A DNA stretch of 64,000 nucleotides from an uncultured Actinomycetes bacterium (lineage in GTDB: Bacteria > Actinomycetota > Thermoleophilia > UBA2241), in contig CAVPVX010000006.1 in NCBI GenBank assembly GCA_963709345.1, forward strand, positions 46,827 through 110,826, given 5' to 3'. The notes beneath the pieces are model-generated. The model made no database searches. It saw only the letters and a program-made list of their open reading frames with translations, and had not been told where the DNA came from. Every line of letters begins with the position of its first letter. Positions within the stretch are counted from its first letter, which is position 1. Positions 43,312-53,188 of this stretch are shown here, piece after piece. The translations under genes were made by a program, and so were the position numbers.

Positions 43312-44991
43312 ATGAAGACGAGACTGACCTTGGTGGTGGCCGCCGCGGTCGTGCTGCTGCTGGCGAGCGTCGCCCCGGCGCTGGCGCGCGCGGAGCGGGG
43401 CGGCGACGCCGTCCCCTACGCGTGGCTCCTGCAGTTGCGGGGCGCGAAGAAGCAGACCATGACCAGCATGGCGTTCCGCAACTGGACCAAGCAGCGGTTC
43501 GTCGAGCGGACCGTCGTCGACGACAACAAGACGCCCGACGACCCGAGCGACGACCTCAGCTACACGGGTGTCGCGCTCTGGCGCCTCGTCGGTCGCGTCG
43601 ACGACAAGAACCCGGCGACCTTCAACGTGAAGCGCGCCACCACGGGCGCCGGCTACAACGTCGTCGTGGAGGCCGTCGACGGCTTCAGCGCCGTCTTCAC
43701 CAGTGCCGAGGTCGCGACCCTCAAGAACAAGCTCGTGGTCGCCAACCGCGTCAACGGCGTGCCGCTCGACCTGGGCGCCGCCTCGATCAAGAACGCCGGC
43801 GAGCCGGACCAGTACGCCGCCTGGAAGCCGACCTGGCCGCTCAAGCTGGTCTCCAGTGACGGCAGCATCTTCGGCAACCGCAAGCCGGCGGGCGTGGTGC
43901 GCATCAGCATCGTGCCGGCGACGGCGGACGCCCGCGCGGTCGACGCCGTCCCCTACGCGTGGCTCCTGCAGTTGCGGGGCGCGAAGAAGCAGACCATGAC
44001 CAGCATGGCGTTCCGCAACTGGACCAAGCAGCGGTTCGTCGAGCGGACCGTCGTCGACGACAACAAGACGCCCGACGACCCGAGCGACGACCTCAGCTAC
44101 ACGGGTGTCGCGCTCTGGCGCCTCGTCGGTCGCGTCGACGACAAGAACCCGGCGACCTTCAACGTGAAGCGCGCCACCACGGGCGCCGGCTACAACGTCG
44201 TCGTGGAGGCCGTCGACGGCTTCAGCGCCGTCTTCACCAGTGCCGAGGTCGCGACCCTCAAGAACAAGCTCGTGGTCGCCAACCGCGTCAACGGCGTGCC
44301 GCTCGACCTGGGCGCCGCCTCGATCAAGAACGCCGGCGAGCCGGACCAGTACGCCGCCTGGAAGCCGACCTGGCCGCTCAAGCTGGTCTCCAGTGACGGC
44401 AGCATCTTCGGCAACCGCAAGCCGGCGGGCGTGGTGCGCATCAGCATCGTGCCGGCGACGGGAGCCACCGCGAGCACACCCCCTTCTGAGCAGGCGGCCG
44501 GTGACACATCGACGGCAGGGGCGAAGGCCGCGTCGGACGACCCGCCGGCCGGAGGCTGGACGCTGACCCTGCAAGGCAGGCTCAAGCGCGTGCTCAAGAT
44601 CGCGAAGTTCCCGGTCAAGGTGGCCTGGGACGGCCGCAAGGCGGGCAACATCAACCCTTCGCTGCGGTACGTGTACAAGGGCCAGTCGCTCTACAGGCTG
44701 CTCGCGCTCGTCGACGACAAGCGCCCCCGGTCGTTCAACCTGGCCCAGGCGAAGAAGGGCTACACGATCCAGTTCATCTGTCGCGACGGCTACAAGCCGA
44801 AGATCAAGAGCAGGCAGGTCCTGAAGAACGGCAAGCCGCGCAAGACCTGGATCGTCGCCAAGCTCAAGGCAGGCAAACGGCTTGAAGGTAAGGAGGCCCC
44901 CTTCCGCTTCGTCGGGGGCCCGCCGATCACGCAGCCGTTCAACAACAAGCTGTCCGCCCACGGCGTCATCAGGATACGGCTCATCTTCTGA
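43312..44991 (+). CDS. Secreted protein with three sulfite-oxidase-fold (Oxidored_molyb-like) domains, the first two identical
   Basis: Signal peptide MKTRLTLVVAAAVVLLLASVAPALA; YTGVALWRLVG..VDD, AVDGF, VANRVNG, WPLKLV; third copy YKGQSLYRLL..CRDGY..PFRFV. Confidence 0.75.
   Translation: MKTRLTLVVAAAVVLLLASVAPALARAERGGDAVPYAWLLQLRGAKKQTMTSMAFRNWTKQRFVERTVVDDNKTPDDPSDDLSYTGVALWRLVGRVDDKNPATFNVKRATTGAGYNVVVEAVDGFSAVFTSAEVATLKNKLVVANRVNGVPLDLGAASIKNAGEPDQYAAWKPTWPLKLVSSDGSIFGNRKPAGVVRISIVPATADARAVDAVPYAWLLQLRGAKKQTMTSMAFRNWTKQRFVERTVVDDNKTPDDPSDDLSYTGVALWRLVGRVDDKNPATFNVKRATTGAGYNVVVEAVDGFSAVFTSAEVATLKNKLVVANRVNGVPLDLGAASIKNAGEPDQYAAWKPTWPLKLVSSDGSIFGNRKPAGVVRISIVPATGATASTPPSEQAAGDTSTAGAKAASDDPPAGGWTLTLQGRLKRVLKIAKFPVKVAWDGRKAGNINPSLRYVYKGQSLYRLLALVDDKRPRSFNLAQAKKGYTIQFICRDGYKPKIKSRQVLKNGKPRKTWIVAKLKAGKRLEGKEAPFRFVGGPPITQPFNNKLSAHGVIRIRLIF
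43404..44461 (+). repeat. Intragenic tandem duplication, 537-bp period (521 bp identical by eye)
   Basis: 43404-43924 matches 43941-44461; identical shadow ORFs recur 537 nt apart in the ORF track. Confidence 0.95.
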
Positions 44992-45087
44992 GCCGTTCGC
45001 ATCCCGGCAGCTGCGGCGCGACGGGGGTTTCTCGCCCATTCTCCCCGTCGCGCCGCAGCCGGGAACCCGTCACCGGAAGGAGCCGGA

Positions 45088-46140
45088 ATGAGGATTCGTA
45101 GGATCACGCTGGGGGCGGCGCTGCTCGCGGTCGTCGCGGCGACCGCCGTCCTGGCGGCCGGTGCGTTCGTGCCGGGCGGGGCCCAACAGGCCAAGGCCGA
45201 TGGCGCCGTGGTGCTCACGCTCACGGTCGGCGGCAACGCCACTGAGTTCACGATGGACGAACTGGAGGCCCTGCCCGTCTACGAGGGCTACTCCGGCATG
45301 AAGAACAGCGCCGGTACCGTCTTCCCGCCGGTGCCGGTGAAGGGCGTGAAGCTCACCGATCTGCTCGCCGAGGCGGGCGGTATGACGACGCTCAGTGCCT
45401 GCGACATCACCGCATCCGACAACTACGGGATGACGTACACGTACGACCAGGTCGTCAACGGCAACGGCATCCAGATGTACAACGCGACGACCAAGGCGAA
45501 GGAGGCTCCCAAGGTCCCGTGGTCTCTCGTCCTGATCTACGAGCAGGACGGCGCTCCGATCGCGCCGGCGCCCGGCGGCCCCGGTCCGCTGAGGCTCGTC
45601 GCCGCCCAGGAGACCGATGTGAACCAGGTCGCCGACGGGCACCTGCTCGTGAAGTGGGTCTCGAGGGTCACGTTGCGCGGCGCCGTCAAGGAGTGGAAGG
45701 TCAGGATGTACGGCCTCAAGAAGAAGAACCGTCCGCGCCAGACCACCACGCTCGATCGCACCTCCTTTGACTCCTGCGCCGCCCCCTTCTGTCACGGCTC
45801 GTCCTGGACGAGCTCGGCCAAGAAGATGTGGTCGGGCGTCCCCCTCTTCCTGCTCATCGGCCAAGTGGACGGCGGTCCCAGCCACGACAGCTACAAGGCG
45901 TACAACGAGTTGCTCGCCATCAGGGGCTATCGCATCAAGCTCGTGTCGGCGACCGGCAAGACCGCCATCATCACATCGCGCACGGCACGGCATCGCACCA
46001 GGATCATCCTTGCCAACAAGGTGATGGGGTCAGAGCTCACCACGAGGTACTACCCACTTCGTTTGGTCGGCCCCACGAAGTACGTCCCGTCGCGAAAGAC
46101 GATCGGACGCATCACCAAGATCGTGCTGCTGCCCAAGTGA
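45088..46140 (+). CDS. Secreted protein with two sulfite-oxidase-fold domains
   Basis: FTMDELEALP, KGVKLTDLL, ASDNY, YEQDG, GPLRLV, VKWV; domain 2 CAAPFCHG, WSGVPL, YPLRLVG. Confidence 0.8.
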   Translation: MRIRRITLGAALLAVVAATAVLAAGAFVPGGAQQAKADGAVVLTLTVGGNATEFTMDELEALPVYEGYSGMKNSAGTVFPPVPVKGVKLTDLLAEAGGMTTLSACDITASDNYGMTYTYDQVVNGNGIQMYNATTKAKEAPKVPWSLVLIYEQDGAPIAPAPGGPGPLRLVAAQETDVNQVADGHLLVKWVSRVTLRGAVKEWKVRMYGLKKKNRPRQTTTLDRTSFDSCAAPFCHGSSWTSSAKKMWSGVPLFLLIGQVDGGPSHDSYKAYNELLAIRGYRIKLVSATGKTAIITSRTARHRTRIILANKVMGSELTTRYYPLRLVGPTKYVPSRKTIGRITKIVLLPK

Positions 46141-46171
46141 GCCCGCGACACATGGCTGAAGGAGGCCGACG

Positions 46172-47236
46172 ATGAGCTCGAGCGGTATCGGCGGCGGGCC
46201 GCGCCGGGCGGAGCGCGCCGCCCGCGCCCGGCGCTCGAGGCGGCTGGCGCTGGCCGTGGCGGTCCTGGCCTTGGCGCTGGTCGCGCTGGTCGCCGCCTGC
46301 GGCGACTCGAGCGACCAGTCGCCGCCGTCCCCCGGTCCTTCCGGGCCCGTCGTCCTGACCGTCCGGGGCGAGGACGGGACGGAGACGTTCACGATGAACC
46401 AGCTGCGGGCGCTGCCGGCCTACGAGGGTTACGCCGGCAGCAAGAGCAGCACCGGCGTGATCACCCCGCCCGCAGTGTTCAAGGGCGTGCCGATCGTGGA
46501 GCTCGCCGACCTCGTCGGCGGTATCAGCCGGTCCAACGGCGTGACGATGCTCGCCAAGGACGGCTACGGCATGACGTTCTCGTATCGTCAGATCATGGAG
46601 AGTGGATTCACGACCTACGACCCGGCGACCGGGGAGGAGGAGCCGGCCGACGGCCGGCTCACGGTCATTCTCGCCTACGAGCGTGACGGCGGACCCATCG
46701 GCGAAGACGATGGACCACTGAGGCTCGCCGTCGCCCAGGATGAACCGGCCCAGGTGACCGACGGCCACTGGGCGATCAAGTGGCTCGATACGGTGTCGGT
46801 GACCGAGGCGTCGGCGCAGTGGAAGGTGCAACTCGAGGGCGCGGTGCCCGGCAAGCTGGACCGCGCCGCCTACGTCAACTGCGCTTCACCCGGATGCCAC
46901 GGCTCCGGCTGGGTCGACGCCGACGGCGCACGCTGGGAGGGCATCCCGCTCTATCTCGTCTGCGGTCTCGTCGACGACGCGAAGAAGCATGACGAGGGGG
47001 CCTACGCCGCGGCTCTGGCGGAGAGAGGATACGACATCATCATCGAGACGGTCTCCGGCGAGGTCGTGACCATTGATTCTCGAGACATCGCCGGCCGGAA
47101 CAGCGTCGTCCTCTCGGCGAAGGTCGACGGGGGAGAGTTGCCGGACGAGCACTTTCCCCTGCGGCTCGTCGGTCCGGGTCTGAGCGATGGTCAGATGCCG
47201 GGCGGGATCGCGCGCATCGTCGTGCGCGTGAAATAG
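46172..47236 (+). CDS. Lipoprotein with two sulfite-oxidase-fold domains (paralog of 45088..46140)
   Basis: Lipobox VAAC; FTMNQLRALP, FKGVP, AKDGY, LAYERDG, GPLRL, IKWL; CASPGCHG, WEGIPL, FPLRLVG. Confidence 0.8.
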   Translation: MSSSGIGGGPRRAERAARARRSRRLALAVAVLALALVALVAACGDSSDQSPPSPGPSGPVVLTVRGEDGTETFTMNQLRALPAYEGYAGSKSSTGVITPPAVFKGVPIVELADLVGGISRSNGVTMLAKDGYGMTFSYRQIMESGFTTYDPATGEEEPADGRLTVILAYERDGGPIGEDDGPLRLAVAQDEPAQVTDGHWAIKWLDTVSVTEASAQWKVQLEGAVPGKLDRAAYVNCASPGCHGSGWVDADGARWEGIPLYLVCGLVDDAKKHDEGAYAAALAERGYDIIIETVSGEVVTIDSRDIAGRNSVVLSAKVDGGELPDEHFPLRLVGPGLSDGQMPGGIARIVVRVK

Positions 47237-47248
47237 GGGGCGGCGACC

Positions 47249-48352
47249 TTGGGGTCTGGGGATCGCCGCCGGTGGCTCAGCCCAGCCACGGCCCGGGCCG
47301 TGGCTGGGCTGCTGCTGCTCACCGCCGCGGCCGCGCTGCTCGGCGGCTGCGGCTCAGACGAGCGCCGCGTCAAGCTCATGTACGCCGGTAGCCTCATCGG
47401 TCCGTTCGAGCGCCTGGCGGCGGGGTTCGAGCGCTCTCACCCCGGTGTCGATGTCGTCACCGAGGGCCACGGCAGTATCCAGGTGCTGAGGCACGTCACC
47501 GAGCTCGGTGACCTCGTCGACCTGGCGGTGAGCGCCGACGAGCAGCTGATGGCGCCGTTCTTCTACGAGCGCGACGACCCCGCGACCGGGCGACCGTTCG
47601 CGTCGTGGTACTGCACGTTCGCGACCAACCGCATCGTGCTCGCGATCTCTCCGAAGAGCCCGCTGGCCGGCGAGCTGACCTCGGGCTCCTGGTACCGACG
47701 GCTCACGCATCCCGACGTGCGCTTCGGTCTGTCCGACCCCCGGCTGGATCCCGCCGGCTACCGCGCGCTCATGGTCCTGCAGCTGGCGGAGCGTTACTAC
47801 GGTGCGCCCTTTCTGTTCGAGGACATGGTCATGGGCCGGTTCACGACTCCCGTCATCGTCCGGCACGCCGGGAGGAAGGACGTCATCCGGGTGCCCGAGA
47901 TCCTCGAGACGCGCAGCGGGTCCAATCTGGTGCTGCGGGGCGCCAGCATCCAGCTCGTCGCGCTGCTCGAGTCGGGCGACCTGGACTGCGCTTTCGAGTA
48001 CGAGAGCGTGGCCCGCCAGCACGGGCTGCTCTACGTGCGGCTTCCGGCGGCGGTCGATCTCAGCGATCCGAAGCTGCGGGATGACTACGGGCGCGTGGAG
48101 GTCCAGCTCGACTTCCGCCGGTTCGCGCGCGTGCAACCGCGCTTTCGGGGAGACCTGATCCGCTACGCGTTCACCATTCCCGCCAACGCTCCGGAGCCAG
48201 GGCTGGCTCGCGAGTTCGTGGCCTTCATGCTGGGGCCCGAAGGACGCCGGATCCTCGCAGCCGAACACCAGCCGCTGCTCGCGCCGCCGGATCTTGATGG
48301 GGCGGCGGCCGTGCCGGAGGAGGTGAGGCGGGCATGCGAGGGCTCCAAGTGA
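47249..48352 (+). CDS. wtpA: WtpA-type tungstate/molybdate ABC substrate-binding lipoprotein
   Basis: LGGC; YAGSL, GHGSIQ, SAD, SDPRLDPAGYR, AFEYESVA. Confidence 0.85.
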   Translation: MGSGDRRRWLSPATARAVAGLLLLTAAAALLGGCGSDERRVKLMYAGSLIGPFERLAAGFERSHPGVDVVTEGHGSIQVLRHVTELGDLVDLAVSADEQLMAPFFYERDDPATGRPFASWYCTFATNRIVLAISPKSPLAGELTSGSWYRRLTHPDVRFGLSDPRLDPAGYRALMVLQLAERYYGAPFLFEDMVMGRFTTPVIVRHAGRKDVIRVPEILETRSGSNLVLRGASIQLVALLESGDLDCAFEYESVARQHGLLYVRLPAAVDLSDPKLRDDYGRVEVQLDFRRFARVQPRFRGDLIRYAFTIPANAPEPGLAREFVAFMLGPEGRRILAAEHQPLLAPPDLDGAAAVPEEVRRACEGSK

Positions 48353-48419
48353 GCGTCCTCAGGGATCACAGGCACCCGAAGCGGCTTGAGCATTCCCCGC
48401 ACCCGCCTCACCTGCTCTG

Positions 48420-49226
48420 ATGCGCCGCCGCCGCCCCTCACTCTTCTGGGTACTCTGTACCGCGTCCGGGGGCGTGCTGCTGGCCTTCGTAGTGCTGCCC
48501 GCCGTGAGCATGGTGGTCGGTGCCGGCGCCGGCCTGCTCGGCGAGGCTTTGCGGCAGGACGACGTGCGCCGTTCGCTGATCCTGACGCTGACGGCGGCGT
48601 TCATCGCCACGGCGATCGCCTTCGTCGCCGGCGTCCCGCTCGCCTACCTGCTCGCCCGCAAGGACTTCGCCGGGAAGCGACTCGTTGAGGGAGTCATCGA
48701 CCTGCCGATCGTGTTTCCCCACACGGCCGCGGGTATCGCACTGCTCACGGTCTATGGGCGCCAGGGCGTCATCGGGCGTCTCGTGGCGCCGCTGGGTATC
48801 GAGTTCACCGAGACCGTGGCCGGCATCGTGCTCGCCATGCTCTTCGTGAGCCTCCCGTACCTGGTCGACTCGGCGCGGGAGGCCTTCGCTCTGGTCGACG
48901 AACGCTACGAGCACGTCGCGCGCACACTGGGCTCGTCTCGTGCCGGCGCGTTCGTACGCGTCGCCTTCCCCCAGGCGTGGCGGGGAGTGTTCGCCGGCGC
49001 CGTGCTCATGTGGGGCCGGGGCATCAGCGAGTTCGGCGCCGTCGTGATCCTCGCCTACAACCCGAAGGTGATCTCGGTGCTCACCTTCGAGCGCTTCGAG
49101 GGGTTTGGACTCCGCGCCGCGCAGCCGCCCGCGGTGCTGATCGTCGTCGTGGCCTTCGCCGTGTTCCTGCTGGCCCGCATGCTGCTCGTGCCACGCCGCG
49201 GGCGGAAGCGGAGGGGATCGGCATGA
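48420..49226 (+). CDS. wtpB: Tungstate/molybdate ABC permease
   Basis: DLPIVFPHTAAGIALL, YEHVARTLG, GISEFGA. Confidence 0.85.
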   Translation: MRRRRPSLFWVLCTASGGVLLAFVVLPAVSMVVGAGAGLLGEALRQDDVRRSLILTLTAAFIATAIAFVAGVPLAYLLARKDFAGKRLVEGVIDLPIVFPHTAAGIALLTVYGRQGVIGRLVAPLGIEFTETVAGIVLAMLFVSLPYLVDSAREAFALVDERYEHVARTLGSSRAGAFVRVAFPQAWRGVFAGAVLMWGRGISEFGAVVILAYNPKVISVLTFERFEGFGLRAAQPPAVLIVVVAFAVFLLARMLLVPRRGRKRRGSA

Positions 49227-50299
49227 TCGAACTGAAGGGGCTGGAGATACGAGCGGGGGACCTGGAGGTCGGCCCCATCGACCTCAGCGTCCCGCCCGGG
49301 GCGTACGGCGTGCTTCTCGGCCCCAGTGGAGCCGGCAAGTCGGTCGTGCTGGAGGCGGTCGCCGGGGTTCGCGAGCCGCATGCCGGCGACGTTCGTGTAG
49401 GCGGCCGATCCGTGGTACGACTGCCGCCGGACGCCCGTGGTGTGGGACTCGTCTTCCAGGACGGCCTGTTGTTCCCGCATCTCAGCGTCGCGGCCAACAT
49501 CGCGTACGGAGTGCCGCGCGTTCGCCGAGGACGCCCGCTGGGCCGGCGAGCCGCCGTTCGTGCCGAGGTCCGCAGGTGGGCGAGCGCTCTCGGCGTCGGC
49601 GGTCTCCTCGGCCGCCGGGTGACGACCCTTTCGGGAGGCGAACGGCAGCGCGTAGCGCTGGCGAGAGCTCTGGCGGCCGGACCGGAGGTCCTGCTGCTCG
49701 ACGAGCCGCTGAGCGCGCTCGACGGACCGGCCCGGGACGAACTCAGGGAAGTCCTCCGCGGGCTCTCCGCGGAGTCTGGCCTCAGCGTGCTGCACGTCAC
49801 TCATGACCTCGACGAGGCGGCGTCGCTGGCCCGGGTCTGCGCAGTACTCGGCAACGGTCGTCTGCTGCAGGTCGGAGCACCGGAGGAGATCCTGCGTCGG
49901 CCCGCCTCGGTGGAGGTCGCACGAATCACGGGAGCCGGCAACGTCCTGAGGATCGAGCGAACCTCCGATCCGCTGGCGGTTCGCCTCGAGGGTGGCATCC
50001 TGGCGCGCCTTGCGGCGCCGTGTCCGGATGGTGGGTGTTACGCAGTCATCCGCGCGCACGACATCGTCGTGGAGCCGGGGCCGGCGGCGCCGCACGCCGC
50101 CTGCAATGAAGTCGACGGCATCGTGCGCCGGGTGGTCTCGGGGGCGACGACGACGACGCTGTACGTGGATTCCTCGCCGGCTCTCGTCGTGTCCTGCGGT
50201 GTCGCCACAGCCCGGCAGGCGCCGAACACGGGCGACCGGGTCCGGCTCCGATTCGCCCCGGAGGCGGTTCACATCGTTCCTTCGCCACCGGTAGGATGA
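49223..50299 (+). CDS. wtpC: ABC ATP-binding subunit with TOBE region
   Basis: GPSGAGKS, LSGGERQR, LLLDEP, HVTHD. Confidence 0.85.
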   Translation: MIELKGLEIRAGDLEVGPIDLSVPPGAYGVLLGPSGAGKSVVLEAVAGVREPHAGDVRVGGRSVVRLPPDARGVGLVFQDGLLFPHLSVAANIAYGVPRVRRGRPLGRRAAVRAEVRRWASALGVGGLLGRRVTTLSGGERQRVALARALAAGPEVLLLDEPLSALDGPARDELREVLRGLSAESGLSVLHVTHDLDEAASLARVCAVLGNGRLLQVGAPEEILRRPASVEVARITGAGNVLRIERTSDPLAVRLEGGILARLAAPCPDGGCYAVIRAHDIVVEPGPAAPHAACNEVDGIVRRVVSGATTTTLYVDSSPALVVSCGVATARQAPNTGDRVRLRFAPEAVHIVPSPPVG

Positions 50300-50338
50300 C
50301 GTTCCGCCCGTGAGCGGGCCAGTGTCGGAAGGAGCGCA

Positions 50339-51244
50339 ATGAGTCACTCTCTACCGCCCATCCCATCACGCCGCGTCTGTCGACCGGCCGGCCTATGCGC
50401 GTGGCTCACGGCCCTCGTCGTCATCGGCATCACGGTTGCAGGGTGTGGTTCCGGCGCCTCCGAGCCGCCGGTCTACCGCGACCAGCTCGTGGTGGCCACG
50501 ACCACCAGCCTGAATGACTCCGGCCTGCTCGAGGATGTGGTGCTGCCCGCCTACGAGCGGCAGCACCCCGGCGTCACCGTCAAGGTCGTCGCCGTTGGTT
50601 CGGGCGAGGCCATCGCCATGGGCGCCAAGGGCGAGGCCGACCTGCTGCTCGTGCACTCGCCCGACGACGAGGCGCAGTTCATGGCCGACGGCCACGGCAC
50701 ACTGCGCTTGCCCTTCGCCTACAACCACTTCGTCATCGTCGGGCCAAAGAACGACCCGGCTAAGGTCGCCGCCCTCTCGTCGACGGCCGCGGCGGCGTTC
50801 GCAGCGATCGCCGAGGCAATGCAGCCGTTCGTCTCGCGCGGTGACGAGTCGGGCACCAACAAGAAGGAGCTGAAGCTCTGGGACGCCGCCGGGGTGTCGC
50901 CGGCCGGCGACTGGTATCTGAGCACCGGCCAGGGAATGGGCGAGACGCTGCGCATCGCCAGCGAGAAGCAGGGCTACACGCTCACCGACCTCGGCACGTT
51001 CCTCGCGCAGGAGGAGTCGCTGGACCTGGCCCCGCTCTCCGCCGCCAGCGACGACCTCAAGAACGTGTACGATGCGATCATCGTGAACCAGAATGAGTTC
51101 CCCGCCGTCAACGCCGCCGCCGCTGAGCAGTTCGCGCAGGTGCTCGTGAGTGCGGCGGGCCAGCGGGCGATCGGCGAGTACGGCGAGGCCGAGTACGGCG
51201 CGACGCTGTTCCACCCGTACGCCGAGAGCATCGGCGGCTACTGA
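50339..51244 (+). CDS. tupA: TupA tungstate-binding lipoprotein
   Basis: ATTTSLNDSGLL, VGSG, GEADLLLVH, FVSRGDESGT, GQGMG. Confidence 0.92.
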   Translation: MSHSLPPIPSRRVCRPAGLCAWLTALVVIGITVAGCGSGASEPPVYRDQLVVATTTSLNDSGLLEDVVLPAYERQHPGVTVKVVAVGSGEAIAMGAKGEADLLLVHSPDDEAQFMADGHGTLRLPFAYNHFVIVGPKNDPAKVAALSSTAAAAFAAIAEAMQPFVSRGDESGTNKKELKLWDAAGVSPAGDWYLSTGQGMGETLRIASEKQGYTLTDLGTFLAQEESLDLAPLSAASDDLKNVYDAIIVNQNEFPAVNAAAAEQFAQVLVSAAGQRAIGEYGEAEYGATLFHPYAESIGGY

Positions 51245-51276
51245 GCGGCCGCCCGGGCGGCCGCGGAGAAGGACCG

Positions 51277-51978
51277 ATGCAGATCCTCTGGGACGGCTTT
51301 GTCGAGGCGTGGCGCCTGCTGCTCGGAGGCGACGCGCAGATCCTCCAGATCACCTGGCGTTCGCTGTGGGTCTCGGGTCTGGCGCTGCTCGCGGCCGTGG
51401 TCATGGGCGTGCCGCTGGGAGGTCTCGTGGCGCTGCGCGACTTCCGCGGCCGCCGCTTCACCGTGGCGGCGATCAACACCGGCATGGCTGCGCCGCCGGT
51501 GGTGGTCGGCCTGCTGGTCGCACTGTTCCTCACGCGTAACGGGCCCTTGGGCGACTTCCGGCTCCTGTACACGAACTGGGCCATGGTGATCGCCCAGTTC
51601 GTGATCGCGCTGCCGATCGTCATCGGTCTCTCGCTGGCGGCGCTGCAGCAGCTCGAGCCGGGCCTGCGCCAGCAGATCGCGGCGCTCGGCGCCGGCCGCC
51701 TGCAGGCGTTCCTGCTGCAGCTTCGTGAGATCCGCGTGGCGCTGTTGGCGACCATGATGGCGGCTTTTGGCGCAGTCATCAGCGAGGTCGGCGCCGTGAT
51801 GATGGTCGGCGGCAACATCAGCGGCCAGACGCAGGTGCTCACCGGGGCGATCGTCCAGGAGACGCGCATCGGCCGCTTCGCCACGGCCATCGCGCTCGCC
51901 ATCGTGCTGATGGTGCTGGCCTTCGGCGCCAACCTGGCGCTGACGCTCATCCAGCAGCAGGGGAGGCGGCGCGCGTGA
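51277..51978 (+). CDS. tupB: Tungstate ABC permease
   Basis: PPVVVGLL, FGAVISEVGAVMMVGGNI. Confidence 0.92.
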   Translation: MQILWDGFVEAWRLLLGGDAQILQITWRSLWVSGLALLAAVVMGVPLGGLVALRDFRGRRFTVAAINTGMAAPPVVVGLLVALFLTRNGPLGDFRLLYTNWAMVIAQFVIALPIVIGLSLAALQQLEPGLRQQIAALGAGRLQAFLLQLREIRVALLATMMAAFGAVISEVGAVMMVGGNISGQTQVLTGAIVQETRIGRFATAIALAIVLMVLAFGANLALTLIQQQGRRRA

Positions 51979-52003
51979 GCGCCTCCGCCCGAAGTGCTTC
52001 GGC

Positions 52004-53158
52004 ATGAGCGTCGCCGGTAGAGCGGGACCCCGGGACTACCGTGCTGCCGGCGCCGGCGAGGCGCCGGTGCTCGAGGCGCTCGGCCTGCGCGTCGTCCGCG
52101 GCGGGCGCGTGCTGGCGGCCGCGGACGAGCTCAGCCTGCACGCGGGCCGCGTCCACGTGCTCCTGGGCGCCAACGGCGCCGGCAAGAGCACGCTGCTCAG
52201 GGCGCTCGACGGCCTTGAGCCCGCCGAGGGCGATCTGCGCTTCCAGGGTCGCGACGTCGCGACGGCGGCGGCGCGGCTGGCGTTGCGGCGCCGCACCGCC
52301 GCCGTCTTCCAGAAGGCGTATCTCCTGAACACGACGGTGCTCGGGAACGTCGAGAGTGGTCTGCGTCTGCGCGGCGTGCGGAGGGCCGCGGCCCGAGAGC
52401 GCGCCCGAGCAGCCCTCCAACTGCTGGGCATCGCGCACTTGAGCGAGCGCAAGCCGGCCCACCTCTCCGGTGGCGAATCCCAGCGCGTGAGCATCGCCCG
52501 CGCCCTTGCCGTCGACCCCGTGGCGCTCTTTCTCGACGAGCCTCTGGCGTCGCTCGATCCTCCCACCAGACGTTCCCTCACCGACGAGCTGCTGACCATC
52601 TTCGCCGAGGCGCGGATGGCCGTAGTGTGGGTGACACACGACCGCGACGAGGCGCTCTCCGTCGGCGACACGGTGAGCTTCATCGAGGACGGCCGCATCG
52701 TGCAGTCAGGGCCGGCGCTGGAGGTGCTCGCGCACCCGGCCAGCACGTCGTTCGCAGCCTTCCTCGGTCTGGACACCTATCTCGAGGGCGTGGCGACGAA
52801 CGCGGGCGACGGCGTCACCCGTTTGGCGCTCGCCGGCGGCGCGGTGCTTGCTTGCGGCGAAACGCCTGACGGCCCGGCGGTCGCCTGTCTGCCTCCCGAG
52901 GACGTGGTGCTCTTCACCCAGCCCCCGCCCGAGCACAGCGCCAGTTTGCGCAACCTCCTGCCGGGAATGGTGAAAGCGGCCCGCCCGGCCGGGCGCCTGC
53001 TCCTCGTGACCGTCGTCGCCGACGGCCTCGAGGTGTCGGCCTTGGTAACGAGGGCCGCGTTCGACGATCTGGGTCTCACCGTCGGCGGACCTGTGATCGC
53101 CGCGTTCAAGGCGTCCGCGGTGCATCCGGTCCCCCGACGCGGCAGGCGGCCGGCATGA
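52004..53158 (+). CDS. tupC: Tungstate ABC ATPase with TOBE domain
   Basis: GANGAGKS, LSGGESQR, FLDEP, SLRNLL...FKASAVH. Confidence 0.85.
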   Translation: MSVAGRAGPRDYRAAGAGEAPVLEALGLRVVRGGRVLAAADELSLHAGRVHVLLGANGAGKSTLLRALDGLEPAEGDLRFQGRDVATAAARLALRRRTAAVFQKAYLLNTTVLGNVESGLRLRGVRRAAARERARAALQLLGIAHLSERKPAHLSGGESQRVSIARALAVDPVALFLDEPLASLDPPTRRSLTDELLTIFAEARMAVVWVTHDRDEALSVGDTVSFIEDGRIVQSGPALEVLAHPASTSFAAFLGLDTYLEGVATNAGDGVTRLALAGGAVLACGETPDGPAVACLPPEDVVLFTQPPPEHSASLRNLLPGMVKAARPAGRLLLVTVVADGLEVSALVTRAAFDDLGLTVGGPVIAAFKASAVHPVPRRGRRPA

Positions 53159-53188
53159 GCCGCATCGTTACGGCGAAGGAGGTGCTCC

